In this document: positions 28,063-39,449 of the stretch, one piece after another | Layout of the letters: the number at the start of each line of letters is the position of its first letter | Position numbering within the stretch: position 1 is the first letter of the stretch | Origin: Fistulifera solaris | Taxonomy: Eukaryota | Assembly (NCBI GenBank): GCA_030295235.1 | Contig: AP026152.1 | Location: 186,001-250,000, forward strand | Reading direction: 5' to 3' | Length of the DNA: 64,000 bases | Notes under the pieces: model-generated | Told to the model about the DNA's origin: nothing | Seen by the model: the letters and a program-made list of their open reading frames with translations, nothing else | Databases searched by the model: none | Translations under genes and position numbers: made by a program

Positions 28063-28564
28063 TGTGTGTTGATTGTTCTTGCTGGCTGTCACGCTAACGC
28101 AGAGACTCGACCCGAAAATAAAGAGAAGGAAATACAAGGAACAAGTAACGAGAGGTGTTGACTGGAAAGACATGAAATTCTTTCACCGCTTTATTGCAAC
28201 GAAATGAGCCGATCGGCGTGTCCGTGGCCGTCCATCATCGTCGTCGCGTCGAAATAAGAAAAAAAAAAAACTCGTGCCGACGATGTCGTTGTGACGCATG
28301 ACGTTTTCAGTCTAAACCATTTCTGTCGTACCGATTAATTATTCCGCGTGGAAGTTCACTTTTTTATGAAGTAGATTATGTACGATATTAGTCTGTCTTC
28401 GTCCGTATTGGTAGATGCGAAGCACGCAAACATCCATCAAAACACGACAACATCAACAAGACTTCAACATAGAAAAAGCAACCCTTGCTACTTTCTTATT
28501 ATTTGCAATCGTCTATAATCCTATCAACTCTTTCTTTCATCAACTTCACAATACTCTCGTCAGA

Positions 28565-29044
28565 ATGATGTCAAATACGCGCTTCGTTCTGTTCCTGATG
28601 ATGACATGGCATTTCGGACACTCCTTTCTCGTCGCTCCTCAACAGCCGACAACGACACGACTCTTCGGAATGGCGCAACCGGAAACACAAATCAAGACCA
28701 AAACTACGGTCAAGACAGCGAGCAAACAAAAGGTCGAAATCAAAAAGACATTCAAGACGGACGATCCCGTCCAAAATCGCGACGATGACTTTCAAGATGC
28801 GCCCATGTACAAGGTCATGTTGTTGCGCGATGACGATTACGATCAAGAACATGTTGTGACGCGATTGTGTGCCATCTTGGATGATATGGATGAAGATCAG
28901 GCGGCGACAGTATGGAAACAGGCCATGGCGGCCGGACAAGCCATGTGTGGCAAGTATCCGTTTGAGCGGGCGGAATTGTTCAAGGAACAGTTGTTGCGAT
29001 CGGATCCCATGATTTTTTGTGATCTGGTAGAAGAGAATGCTTGA
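28565..29044 (+). CDS. clpS: Plastid-targeted ClpS-like Clp protease adaptor
   Basis: PMYKVMLLRDD..EHVV..L..A..GQAMCGKYPFERAE; signal peptide followed by GHSFLV. Confidence 0.75.
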   Translation: MMSNTRFVLFLMMTWHFGHSFLVAPQQPTTTRLFGMAQPETQIKTKTTVKTASKQKVEIKKTFKTDDPVQNRDDDFQDAPMYKVMLLRDDDYDQEHVVTRLCAILDDMDEDQAATVWKQAMAAGQAMCGKYPFERAELFKEQLLRSDPMIFCDLVEENA

Positions 29045-29189
29045 GGGAGAAGGGGTTGGCGAGAATATTGCACTCCTTTTTTCTGGTGTTACCGCAACCG
29101 TGCCGCAATCTACATTATTAGCGTGTGTAAGTTTATTTGATAAAGAAGAAACAAACAAAAGATTAAACAAACAGTACAGGGAATGATCA

Positions 29190-30726
29190 TTAGTCGCTGC
29201 TTTTCGTCGACGAGATATCCAATGTCAGCAAGTCGTTGCTAAACACATCACCCGGAAGGCGTCCTCCAAACACGAGCAGACGCGAACCATCCAACACGGC
29301 CCGATGTCCGACGCGTGCCTCTTCACTGCCTATCTTGGGTCCTTTCGTCCACTCCCACGTTTCCGTATTCAATAAGAACGAATCCCCAAACACCACATCG
29401 TTCTCGTCGTTGGGATCCCATCCACCGTAGATACAGATCGTGTCATCGTGCCACACGAATGCCACATGGCCCGTCCGAGGACACGGCGGCGACCCCTTGG
29501 TTTGCACATTGCTCCATTCCCACGTCGTACGTTCCAAGACGTGCACACTATTGAAGCATTGTTCGGCATCGTTGCCGCCAAATACTACCATTTTGGTTCC
29601 ACACGCCGTGGCCGTGTGATACGACCGCGGACGGGGGCCGTTCCTTGAATCGTCGGTGTATGCCAGACCCAACGGAGGGTATCCAAGACGACAACTTTTT
29701 GTAAAAACTTGTTGCCGGAAACACCGCCCCACACGACGAGTTCGTGGCCCAGCAAGGTGGCCGTGTGACCACTCCGACCTTTGGGAATGTCGCCCGACAC
29801 CGACGGTGGATACCATACCATGATTTCGGTATCCAAGACCATGACGGGATGGACGATGTGGGATTTGCCGGTTTTGTCGTTGGTGCATTCACCGCCAAAG
29901 GCAATCAACAACTGACGTTCCGGCAAATACGTGGCGGTGTGCCACTGTCGTTTCCAGCCATCGCCATTGCTGAGTGGTTGGATCCAGCGGGTGCCATTGA
30001 AGAGATGCAAATCGTCCAGTGTCAAAGGTGTTGACGTCTCGGGGGACAGCGTTTGTCCTCCGTACACGAGAATGCGATTCGGGCCCAAGCACGTCATCGT
30101 ATGTCCCCAGCGTGGACACGGTGGCGGATACGAAGGTGGTAACAATAAGTCGTCGCCGAGTGAAACGCGCGTCGGAATGGGAGGTTGCGGCGAATGATCC
30201 GATTGCACCGACGTGTCGGGACTGGGTTGCTGTTGCAACAGTTCTTGGACGGGTTGTTTCGGGTGTGACGGTGTGGAGACGAAGTTCTGTGAAGGTGATG
30301 GCTCTTCCTCATCGCCCGTCAGTGTCGCCTGAGTTTGCGAAAGATCCGGTTGTCCTAGTAGAGTGTTGCTCGGATGAGTCGTTGCATTCGAGAAACGATG
30401 ATTCGAGACTTCTTCGATGCTATTGTTGGAGGAAGAAGACGAGTCTTCGAGGCGCACGCGCTTGTTACAACTGTCAATGTCATCCTGTAAAGGACGTTGT
30501 TTCGGAGTAATCTGGTTGATCTTCGTCGTAATCTCCACTGTCTCTTTGGAAGCGACAGCAGAATTCGAATCGATGGTATGCACACGCAAAGTACCCGAAA
30601 AGTTGGTCAATTGCAAAAGAATCGTTTCCTTGCTTTGTTGCGAAAAGAAACGGCTCCGGTCGGATCGTTCGGAACCAGCGTAAAGGCCACGCCGCCTAGA
30701 GAAAGCTGCAGCGTCGGAGAAGTCAT
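29190..30726 (-). CDS. Kelch-repeat protein; indels near 30643 and 29635
   Basis: Repeated PRWGHT/RSGHTA/RSYHTA/RTGHVA..GG..W Kelch blades spread over overlapping ORFs; start inferred. Confidence 0.8.
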
Positions 30727-31004
30727 GTCGTTCTCTGTGATGCTTGTTTTTCGATGAAACAATGACTCGAAGAGCAATGAGAGGAATGGCAACGAAAAGG
30801 AATGACACTCGTCATTCGACGGAGTTTGAATGGAATGAATTTGAGTGCGCGCACGCCACGCTTTATTACTTGGGGAAATTTGAAAATAATAGCGCGCCGG
30901 AATGGCCGCGAATGGTTTCGCGCCTTTTTATTTGTGACGCAGATGTCCGAAGTCCGAAATCATCATTATCCGACAGTTTGGAAACGCCCATCCCAGAACA
31001 AAAT

Positions 31005-31016
31005 CCATTCACATCA
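31005..31016 (+). promoter_or_regulatory. CCATTCACATCA element shared by the MscS-like genes (also 25277-25288 on minus, 32173-32184, 33597-33608, 38194-38205)
   Basis: Exact 12-mer in sense orientation 121-149 nt upstream of the ATG of five paralogs. Confidence 0.6.
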
Positions 31017-31137
31017 TTCCTTCTTTGAATCATCGGCAAATATCACGATTGGAGATTTCTTTTCAATATGTCTCACAAGTTCACGCCAGCAACAATCGTC
31101 AACGCACGCGATTGTTCATTTTATAGCGGAATTCAAG

Positions 31138-31807
31138 ATGACAGACAAGCTCGCCGCAATCAAACGCCCGTGGCCCGTCCTTCGTTTTCTCAAGGAAACT
31201 CTCGACGCCGCATTCACTTATCCCACCATAATGCATGTATGTGAGGTCGGCGATCTGATCGGAATCAACACTCCTGGACTTGTTCTCAGCACGCAACACG
31301 CCTACCGTGTCGAGTGCATCACCTGGATGCACACATCCCTCGTGTGCTTGGCCACTGGTGAGCGGCAACGTCGCCACAATTCCCGTATTTTCAATATTAA
31401 TGGCGTGAACAAGTGGAGTCGATCTCCAGCAACGTTTGAAGTCGTGCTGCCTGTGGGTGACAATGGCGGCGTTTCATTGGAATTTTTCAAGGAAAAGATT
31501 GAGCAATTTGCCAACGACAACCCCGGCGAATGGCGTGAAGTGAACACGTTCGATTGGTACCAATTGCCGGAAGGGCATCGCGTTTTGATTCAGTAAGTCG
31601 GATAGACAGTGGGGATTTGCGATGGCGTACATACTTGCCTGACTCTTTCTTTTATTCTTCTCTTTCGCTAGACACCACGAAAAGTGGGGACAACTTAAGC
31701 TCGTCTTGAAGAGCAGAGAAAAGCTGATTGCTTACTGCAAGCAGCTCACTGAAGAGCTTCGCCCGGAAGATGCTTCTCAAGACTTTGCAGTCACTGTTAG
31801 TCCCTAG
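31138..31807 (+). CDS. Miniature MscS-like protein, copy 2 (no transmembrane segment); intron 31593-31671
   Basis: HVCEVGDLI..YRVECITWMHTSL..TGE..HNSRI..WSRSPATF..IEQFANDNPGEW; exon 2 HHEKWGQLKLVLKSREKL; intact after splicing. Confidence 0.72.
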
Positions 31808-32321
31808 AGTTTAGGCTTGACGATGGTTCTCGTCTACGGGCTCTAAATTTCCGCTCATCTATAAAATAGGACTCATGGAATCCATTATACCTAACTTAAC
31901 TACTAGAGTACACGTAAGCCATTGTTCTTGTCTAAAGTAGGCTTTAATGCATCTTTAACAACTCGAACGATTGGAATGGGACGGAGGGTTCCACGTTCCA
32001 CCGAAAACACTGCTGATCCGGCTAAATCTATCTATGCTTGACGATGGTGCCCATGACGTCTTTAAGGTTAAGGGAACGCATCAAATATTCGCGCGCACCA
32101 TCGCGCACCGCAGCACGCAGCGTGCGCCGCACAGACGTCGTCGTTCGACACGCACTCCGTTCACATCAAAATCCATTCACATCAAAATCGTTTCATATAA
32201 TGATACTCTTCGTTTCGTAATTCATCACGTTTGAAGATGCGAACAATGTTTCACAAACTCACACTTCTTTTAACAAGCAGCAATGCAGTAATCTATCTTC
32301 CTTGCGCAAACGGAAGTAAAG

Positions 32322-33338
32322 ATGACAGATTCATTCACTGCACATGACTTACTGCCCCGCCTCGTAACGTCAGAACGTGGTGAACTTGGCTCTCGAAAGT
32401 CGCTGGATTGTTTTTGCGTTTTCGTGGGGATGGGCGACATTTACTATTTCTTCGTCACGCTTTCGATTGCCTGGCTACTTGACTTTGTTCCTACGACTCC
32501 TTACCTCGGAATATGCACTGTCATCGTCGGGTGGGTACAGGGTAACATTTCTTTGTACAAGGAGTGTTTCAACAAGATCTTTTTTTATTACGCGCCGCCA
32601 TATGAAGTTGGTGACTTGATCGAAGTCTGTTACGGATCCAATCCTCCGACCGAGACGTGTACTAGATTCAGGCCAGAACGAATCATGCGTGTCGAAATAA
32701 TTCGAACGCTGACCACCTGGGTCAGCTCTTTGGAAGACGGCAGGTGGACGTGTCTGTCCAACGAGCTTCTCACCGATAGACAAACACTGGTGTGGTCTCG
32801 AGTACCTGCGGTATTTCGAGTCATGATGCAGGCCATTGCGGATGCAGCTGACGGCCTCTTGTTTCTGCGAGAACTCCATGCGGCGATCAAGCGATTTGCA
32901 AGCGAGAACTCCACGGAATGGTATCCGGTAAAGACGTTCGCGGAGGACGCAGTTATAATTGAAACTGGGTACAAAGAATATTGCTTTGATATCCGGTAAG
33001 TGGCTTAGAGGTGGTGTGCCTTTTGTAACGGCACTTTCGCTTCTCTGATCTGCGCTTGCCATTCGCTGTTGTACTCTGGCTTTCACAGATACCGAGAGAC
33101 TTGGCGAGAATTTGACCACATTATACGTAGCAAGATCGACCTTGACGTTGACTGTAGTAATCAAGCGGAAAAGTTTTACAGAAGTCGTGCAAAGCGGGAT
33201 GCAGTGGCACTTCCTAATGTAGTCGAGGAAAAGAACAATGGCAGTGAAGATGGTAATGGCGAAATGACGGACAACACCGAGGGGAACAATGAGATGGAGG
33301 GTCATCGCCTGCTTTATTATCGCATTTTGGTTAAATAG
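32322..33338 (+). CDS. Miniature MscS-like protein, copy 3 (membrane-anchored type); intron 32996-33088
   Basis: YYAPPYEVGDLIE..MRVE..TT..SNELL..VWSRVP; exon 2 YRETWREFDHIIRSK; intact after splicing; inverted paralog of copy 1. Confidence 0.78.
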
Positions 33339-33717
33339 ACTCGCTTGATTTGTTGATGGCTGCAAGTATTAGCAACAAAATCCCCCAACATAAAAATCAA
33401 TTTTGTTAAATATTTTTCCTTTTGAAGTTGGACGCAATAGCCGAATCTTGATTTTTGCACTTTTGTTTCGTAAATCGTTACTGTTCGGTTAGCGGAATGT
33501 CTTACATTGATACTTGTCAACATAGCTTCTTCACGACTCCTCACGTCGAGGAGTCACGTTTCACGTATTTTCGCTCGCTCACAAAAAAAAACCGATCCAT
33601 TCACATCATTATCATTAGTTACTCCGTATCATTTCAAAATAATGTTTCACAGACTCACTCTTCCTGTAACAAGCAGCAAGTCAGTTGTCTTTCCGCGTTG
33701 CGAAAGCGGAAGTAAGG

Positions 33718-34713
33718 ATGACAGAGTCATTCGCTGCAAATGACGACGACTCACTGCCCCGCTTACTGACGCCACGACGTGGTGAAGTTTCCTTCGACAA
33801 TTTTTTGCTTGTTTCTGCGCTTTTATGGGGATCGACACCATCTTTTATTCCATCTTCATTTTGTGGATTGCCTGTCTACTTGACTTTGTTCCTCCGGATT
33901 TCTTCTTCGCAGTATGCGCGGCAATTGTCGCCTTGGCACATCGTAGAATCCCCGGATACCAGGAGCATTTTTACGACATCTTCTTCTATTACTCGAGACC
34001 TTACGAAGTTGACGATGTGATTGAATTCAATCCTCTGTCTGTGACGAGTTCTAGACCCCAGAAGAAAAGACTGTGGCGTGTCGTGAGAGTCCACGTGTTT
34101 TTCACCGAAATCACAACCCTCTGTGGCCTCGACGCGAACCATTATTTTCCGTCCAATAAGAGTCTCGCCACGAGACATATACTTGTTTGGACTCGAGTTC
34201 CAGCGATATTTCAGGTTGCAATACAGGTCGATGTCGATGCAATTGACGGCCTCTTGTTGCTACGAGAACTCCACGAAGCAATTGAGTGGTTTGCGAATTT
34301 CAACTCGAACAAATGGCATCCCGTGAAGTCGTTTGTAGAGGATGCAGTAACAACTGAAAATGATTACTATGATTATCGCATTGATATGGAGTAAGTGACA
34401 AGGAGATGATGTGTCTTTTGTCTTTGCACTCTACCGTCTCTGATATGATATTGTTGGGCCTCTCCTCTCTTGGGGTTAACACAGACACCGAAAGACGTGG
34501 GGAGAATACGAGTGCGCTAGCTTAGTTGAGCTTATCCTTTACTGTCGCAAACTAAAGGAAAAGTTCATTAAAAGTCCTGTAGGACGGGATGCAGTGGCAC
34601 CCTTCAACGGTGCTAGACACAATAACGAGAAATGTGGAGATGACACGAAAGAAGTGAAGAGTCTTGAGATCAGAAAGTATCATGACCTTGACTTTCGCAT
34701 CTTTGTTGTATAG
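33718..34713 (+). CDS. Miniature MscS-like protein, copy 4; indel near 33795; intron 34391-34484
   Basis: MTESF..LPRLLTPRRGE N-terminus; YYSRPYEVDDVIE..WRVV..FTEI..PSNKSLA..VWTRVP; exon 2 HRKTWGEY. Confidence 0.72.
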
Positions 34714-35018
34714 AGCTACAACGTATTGGATTATTTTGAGATGATAAGCGGTAGGCTTTGTAATCGGTATAACATCAAGTGCTATGTAAATGTTGAAGTA
34801 TAGAAACAATGGTCAAATGCTGAACGTTAAAGTCTTCGATTTATTGAAGAGTAAGTATATTCCTACGAAACGACTTTTGTTCCGCGTACCATTACTGTCT
34901 GGTTTACACAATTTATCATACCGGGATTAGTCAAACTAGTTTGTGCAAGACTCACGACGGGTCACGATTCCTTCATGCATTCTCTGCGTTTGAAATATTT
35001 AGAAACTCTAGACTAGAC

Positions 35019-35691
35019 CTACGGGAACACAGTGATTGCAAAGTCATCAGAAGCATCTACCGGGCGAAGCTCTTCCGTAAGCTCCTTGCAGTAAGCAATC
35101 AACTTTTCTCTGCTCTTCAAGACTAGATCCAGCTGTCCCCACTTTTCGCGGTGTCTATAGCAAAGGAAGAAACGAAAGGAGTCAGGGAAGCATGCACGCC
35201 ATCACAGATCATCATCTCTCGACTTACTGAATCATAACACGATACCCATCAGGCGTTGGATCACAATAAGACGTGCACGCCACGAACCATTCGCCAGGGT
35301 TGTCGTTGGAAAATTGCCGAATCTTGCTCTTCAGCAAAGAATCCCAGAAAATACCGTCGGTAGTATTCACCGGCACCGGAAGCATGATTTGAAACCTTAC
35401 TGGGCAATAACTCCAGCAAGTCATCGATCTGTAGCGGCAAAGACTCGAATTGTGCCAACGAACCCGCTCACCGTTGGCCAAGCAAGTGACCTCCGTGTAC
35501 ATCCAGGCGATCTTGTCGACGCGGTACACGTTTAGCGTGTTGAGGAAAACGCTATCGTTAGGCTGATCGAACTCGATAAATTCGCCAACCTTGCAAGGAT
35601 GTCCGTTATAGAAGTCAATGGCGTCGAGACTATCCCGGAAAAAGCGAAGAATGAGCCGGGGAAAAGTGATTGCGGCGGACTTGTCTGTCAT
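35019..35691 (-). CDS. Miniature MscS-like protein, copy 5 (no transmembrane segment); intron 35227-35155
   Basis: HPCKVGEFIE..YRVDKIAWMYTEV..NGE..HNSSL..IRQFSNDNPGEW; exon 2 HREKWGQLDLVLKSREKL, nearly identical to copy 2. Confidence 0.72.
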
Positions 35692-36096
35692 CTTTACTTC
35701 GATTTGTTCTGAGAAATGAACGTGCGTTCGCGGTGATGATTGTTGCTGGGGTAAATTTGTGAGACATTTTGCAAAGAAACCGTAAGTTTTAGTTTTATTC
35801 GTGATATGTTTCGTTTCAAAGCAAGATGAATGCGTTTTGCGACGCGACGAGCAGTTTTTTTATACTGTATTTGCCGAAAACCTTTGAGTCCCGTGAAATA
35901 GACGCACGACTCGTCGTCCTCGAAGAAACTGCACCGCAAAAACGCAAAAAAAAAACAATCCATTCATGTCGTTTTCATTTGCAAACAGCACTCTTGCCTT
36001 CCAATAATAGTCTTTCAAAATGTCTTATAATCTTTCCCCAGCGATCATTCACATCGCCAGCGCTAGTTCGTTTTTTCAGCGTCAACGAAAGCGACG

Positions 36097-37341
36097 ATGA
36101 TGACCGACACTTTGCCCGCTGCAAATAACTCTACGAGCCGTCCAGAAGTTCCCTTCGGACGAAAACTGGCTGCTTTCTTCTTTCAGCTGATCTATTTGGA
36201 CTATTTCTTTCTCCTCACATGGATCTTTCTCTATTGCGCCTTTGGCATTATTCCGTCTGCCGTGTTTTGGACCATTTTCATCATCTTTGCGATTCTCCTC
36301 TATGCCTTGCTGATCGGTGTATACTACGCCAACCATTACGATCGCCATCCCTTCTATTACCAGCTGCTTCCTTACGAGATTGGAGATTTGGTGGAAATTG
36401 ACCCGACCGAAGACAGTGTCTATCTCAAGATGGAGAACGTTTACCGTGTCAAATATATCGATTTCGTGTGCACGCATTTCGAATTCTTGAATCGCCCCGG
36501 GGTGATGAATTGGCCCAATGAAGCTCATCTGAACAGTCGCTTTATTATCTGGAGTAAGCGGGCGGCGATATTTCACATCATTCTACCGATTTCCCGTGGA
36601 AGTACGTGATGTCTCCGTGTTGCTGGCTCGTCTTTACGAGAAAGTTGTGCAGTACGCCAACGACAATTCTCGCGAATGGCGGAGCGTGACTTTGCCTATC
36701 ATCGATGCCATTACGGAGGACGGGAAGTACGCGGATTATTGCATTGAGATTCAGGAAGTCGAGTAAAGATATCGTACTTGTTGCGTATGCCCTCTTCCTT
36801 CTCTGACGTGTGATATCTCGCTTCGGTAATTCACAGACATTGCGAGTTGTGGCGTCAATATGACTGCGTCGTGGAAAGCAAAGATAAGTTGAGCAAATAT
36901 TTAGAAGGTCTAGAGCAAGAAGGAGTTTTCAAGAGCGGAAGCACTTTTGAAAACGAGAAAGATAGTAGCGACGATATTGAGAAAAGTCGTGACAACGAAG
37001 GCCGAAAGAGCAGTTACAACCACGATGCCTACATAGTTGATGAGGACGAATTTATAAAGATAGCCGATGACGAAGCAGACGTAGAAAACCAAATTGGCGG
37101 AACATCTTTGAAAACCATTGCTCAAGCTGAAAGTGTTGATGGCGAAGGACAGTATGATGGCAAGAGCCACTGCAATGGCGTTAGCTGCAACGACGATTAC
37201 AACATTGACTACACCGAACACGATACACTAAAGAAGCAGGAGATCTTGAGAACCAAATGGGTGATGAAGCATCAACTATCAAATTTTCATTCGATCTTAG
37301 ACAAGAAGTCTTTTTTGTGCGGTTGCAGTTGGTCGATCTAG
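36097..37341 (+). CDS. Miniature MscS-like protein, copy 6, with a long acidic tail; indel near 36590; intron about 36763-36836
   Basis: Strongly hydrophobic N-terminus; LPYEIGDLVEI..YRVKYIDFVCTHF..WPNEAHL..WSK; NDNSREW..YCIEIQ in the shifted frame; exon 2 HCELWRQYDCVVESK. Confidence 0.68.
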
Positions 37342-38339
37342 CCATCTAATCGCATAATTTTTCACATAGTTTGATTTTGTTTGTTGAAGTTTTGTTACAT
37401 CTTTTAGGATTATTAGTTGTAGCTGGAGGAGTCCGAACGTGTGAGCAGTTCGAGCTATTCTGCTAATGTTACGTTGGCCATTAACCAAATTCGATCTTCG
37501 AGATTCATATTCTTATTAGAAGGGCACTTGGCAAATTGGTAAGATACTGCGAGGAGTTTGTAGGGCGCAGTGAGACTCTTGTCGAACGTATAACATTCGG
37601 CATCTAACCAAAATGTTCATTAAGGAGGTCAGGTGCGTCCCCATATTCCCATGCGAAAGACTCAAAAAGCGATAATTCGTGAACCAGGTGCTGGAGTAAA
37701 TGACTTTTTCCTTTGCACATTTGTGTGGGTGACCGTTACTGCATGGTGGTGTACGACGGCATCAATAGTTTATTCTGCACGACTCACAACTTGTCACGAC
37801 TCATCCAAGTACAGATTTTCCTTGTTGCGATCGAAATAATGCAACCCAATTCCCATTCACATTAATATCGCATTACAAGCAGAGGCGCTCGACTTCTACC
37901 AATTCATTCCGTTCGAAAATGAATAGATGTTGCAAATTTAAGACGGCAACAATGACAAGCGTTTGTTCCTTATCGTTAGCGCCATCCAAAGTGAAGTTGA
38001 CTGACAAGTTTCCGCAATTAAGCTTCCCTGCTCCCTCTTTCGCTTCCTCGAAAATAGTCTCAACGCCAACTTTTGTTACATGAATTCTCGTTTCAAGCAT
38101 GGCGACTTATTGTACGTGTTTTCGGCGTTCAACTAACTGAGTCCCGCAACAACGGGGCCACGATACGGGTGCTAACTGCGCACAATAAAATGCCCATTCA
38201 CATCAAAATCTCTTTGTTGACAGCGCACTTCTTCTCTTTACTCTTTGAAATCAACAATATTCACAAAAACTTGCAAACAACAATCTACATCGTGAATTGC
38301 AAGCTCATCTCTCGAACGGGTAGTGGGACGAGAAAAAGA

Positions 38340-39332
38340 ATGACTGAAACATCCGCCGCAAGCTCACCGTGCCCGCCGATGTTGCCCGAACGTTGTGAAA
38401 TTTCCTTCCGACAATCGTTTGCTTGTTTGTGCACTTCCGCGGGGATAGACGACATGTTTTACTTCAGCGTCACGTTCACCATTGCCTTTTTACTTGGCTT
38501 TGTTCCACCGGATCTCTACTTTTCCGCGTGCTGTCCCGTTGTCACCCTTTTATGGTTGAAAGTCCGTCGTTACAGGGAACATTCCGACGCTTTCATCTTT
38601 TACTACCTGCGACACCCTTATGAAAAAGGTGATCTGGTTGAATTTGACTGCCCGCCTGTGACAATGGAAGGTCCGCATGAGGAACACACTTGGGGGTGTT
38701 GTGGATTTCGACTTGTATTATACGGAACTGGTCTCAGTGAGATTCAGCTTGAGAAAATATACATCCAACAAAAGCCTCGCCAAGAAACGAATCAAGAACT
38801 GGAGTCAAGTGCCAGTAATTTTTAAGGTCTTTTTCGAGGTCCCTGTGGACACCGTTGACAGCCTCTTATTACTGAAAGAATTACATGCAGATATTGGGCG
38901 GTTTGCGAAAAATAGCCCTCTCGAATGGTTTCCCGTAAAAACATTTGTTGAAGAGGCAGTTAAAATTGAAAATGAATACAATGCATATTGTATTGAGATC
39001 CAATAAGTCGCGTAACGATGGAAACATGCCTCGAGTGTTTGAGATTCAAATCTGAAATTTGTGACGCTTCTTTCCTCTTCCATTACTCCACATCTTACAG
39101 ACATCGCGAGACATGGAATGAGTTCAATCTCGTTTTGTGCAGCAAAGCCCAGCTAGTCCTAGAATGCATGGAGCTGAATGAGAATCTTCGCGAAGGACTT
39201 GCAAAGCGGTATGCAACGCCCACAGCTGACGAGGACGTCAGCATGGATCGTGATATTGGCGATATCAACAACGAGGAGGGCGTCCAAAAGAGGGAGGATA
39301 AGCATCACAGTTGTTATATCTTTGTTGGATAG
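38340..39332 (+). CDS. Miniature MscS-like protein, copy 7 (possible pseudogene: donor reads AT rather than GT at 39003); indel near 38692
   Basis: YLRHPYEKGDLVEF..VV..YYTELV..SNKSLA..NWSQVP..KNSPLEW..YCIEIQ; exon 2 from 39101 HRETWNEFNLVLCSK. Confidence 0.68.
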
Positions 39333-39449
39333 ACTTGGTGACAATTGATAATTGAGCAACAAAGTTTCCTTCTGTTGTCACGTTATGATACTTGTAATGG
39401 TCATGAACCCAGGCGCAAAAGTACAATTCTCCACAGCCAATTATTACCG

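Noticed and set aside
31590..34394. In-frame TAA exactly at the intron donor of the MscS-like genes as a regulated truncation switch
   Set aside because: An automatic consequence of any phase-2 GTAAG donor; no independent evidence
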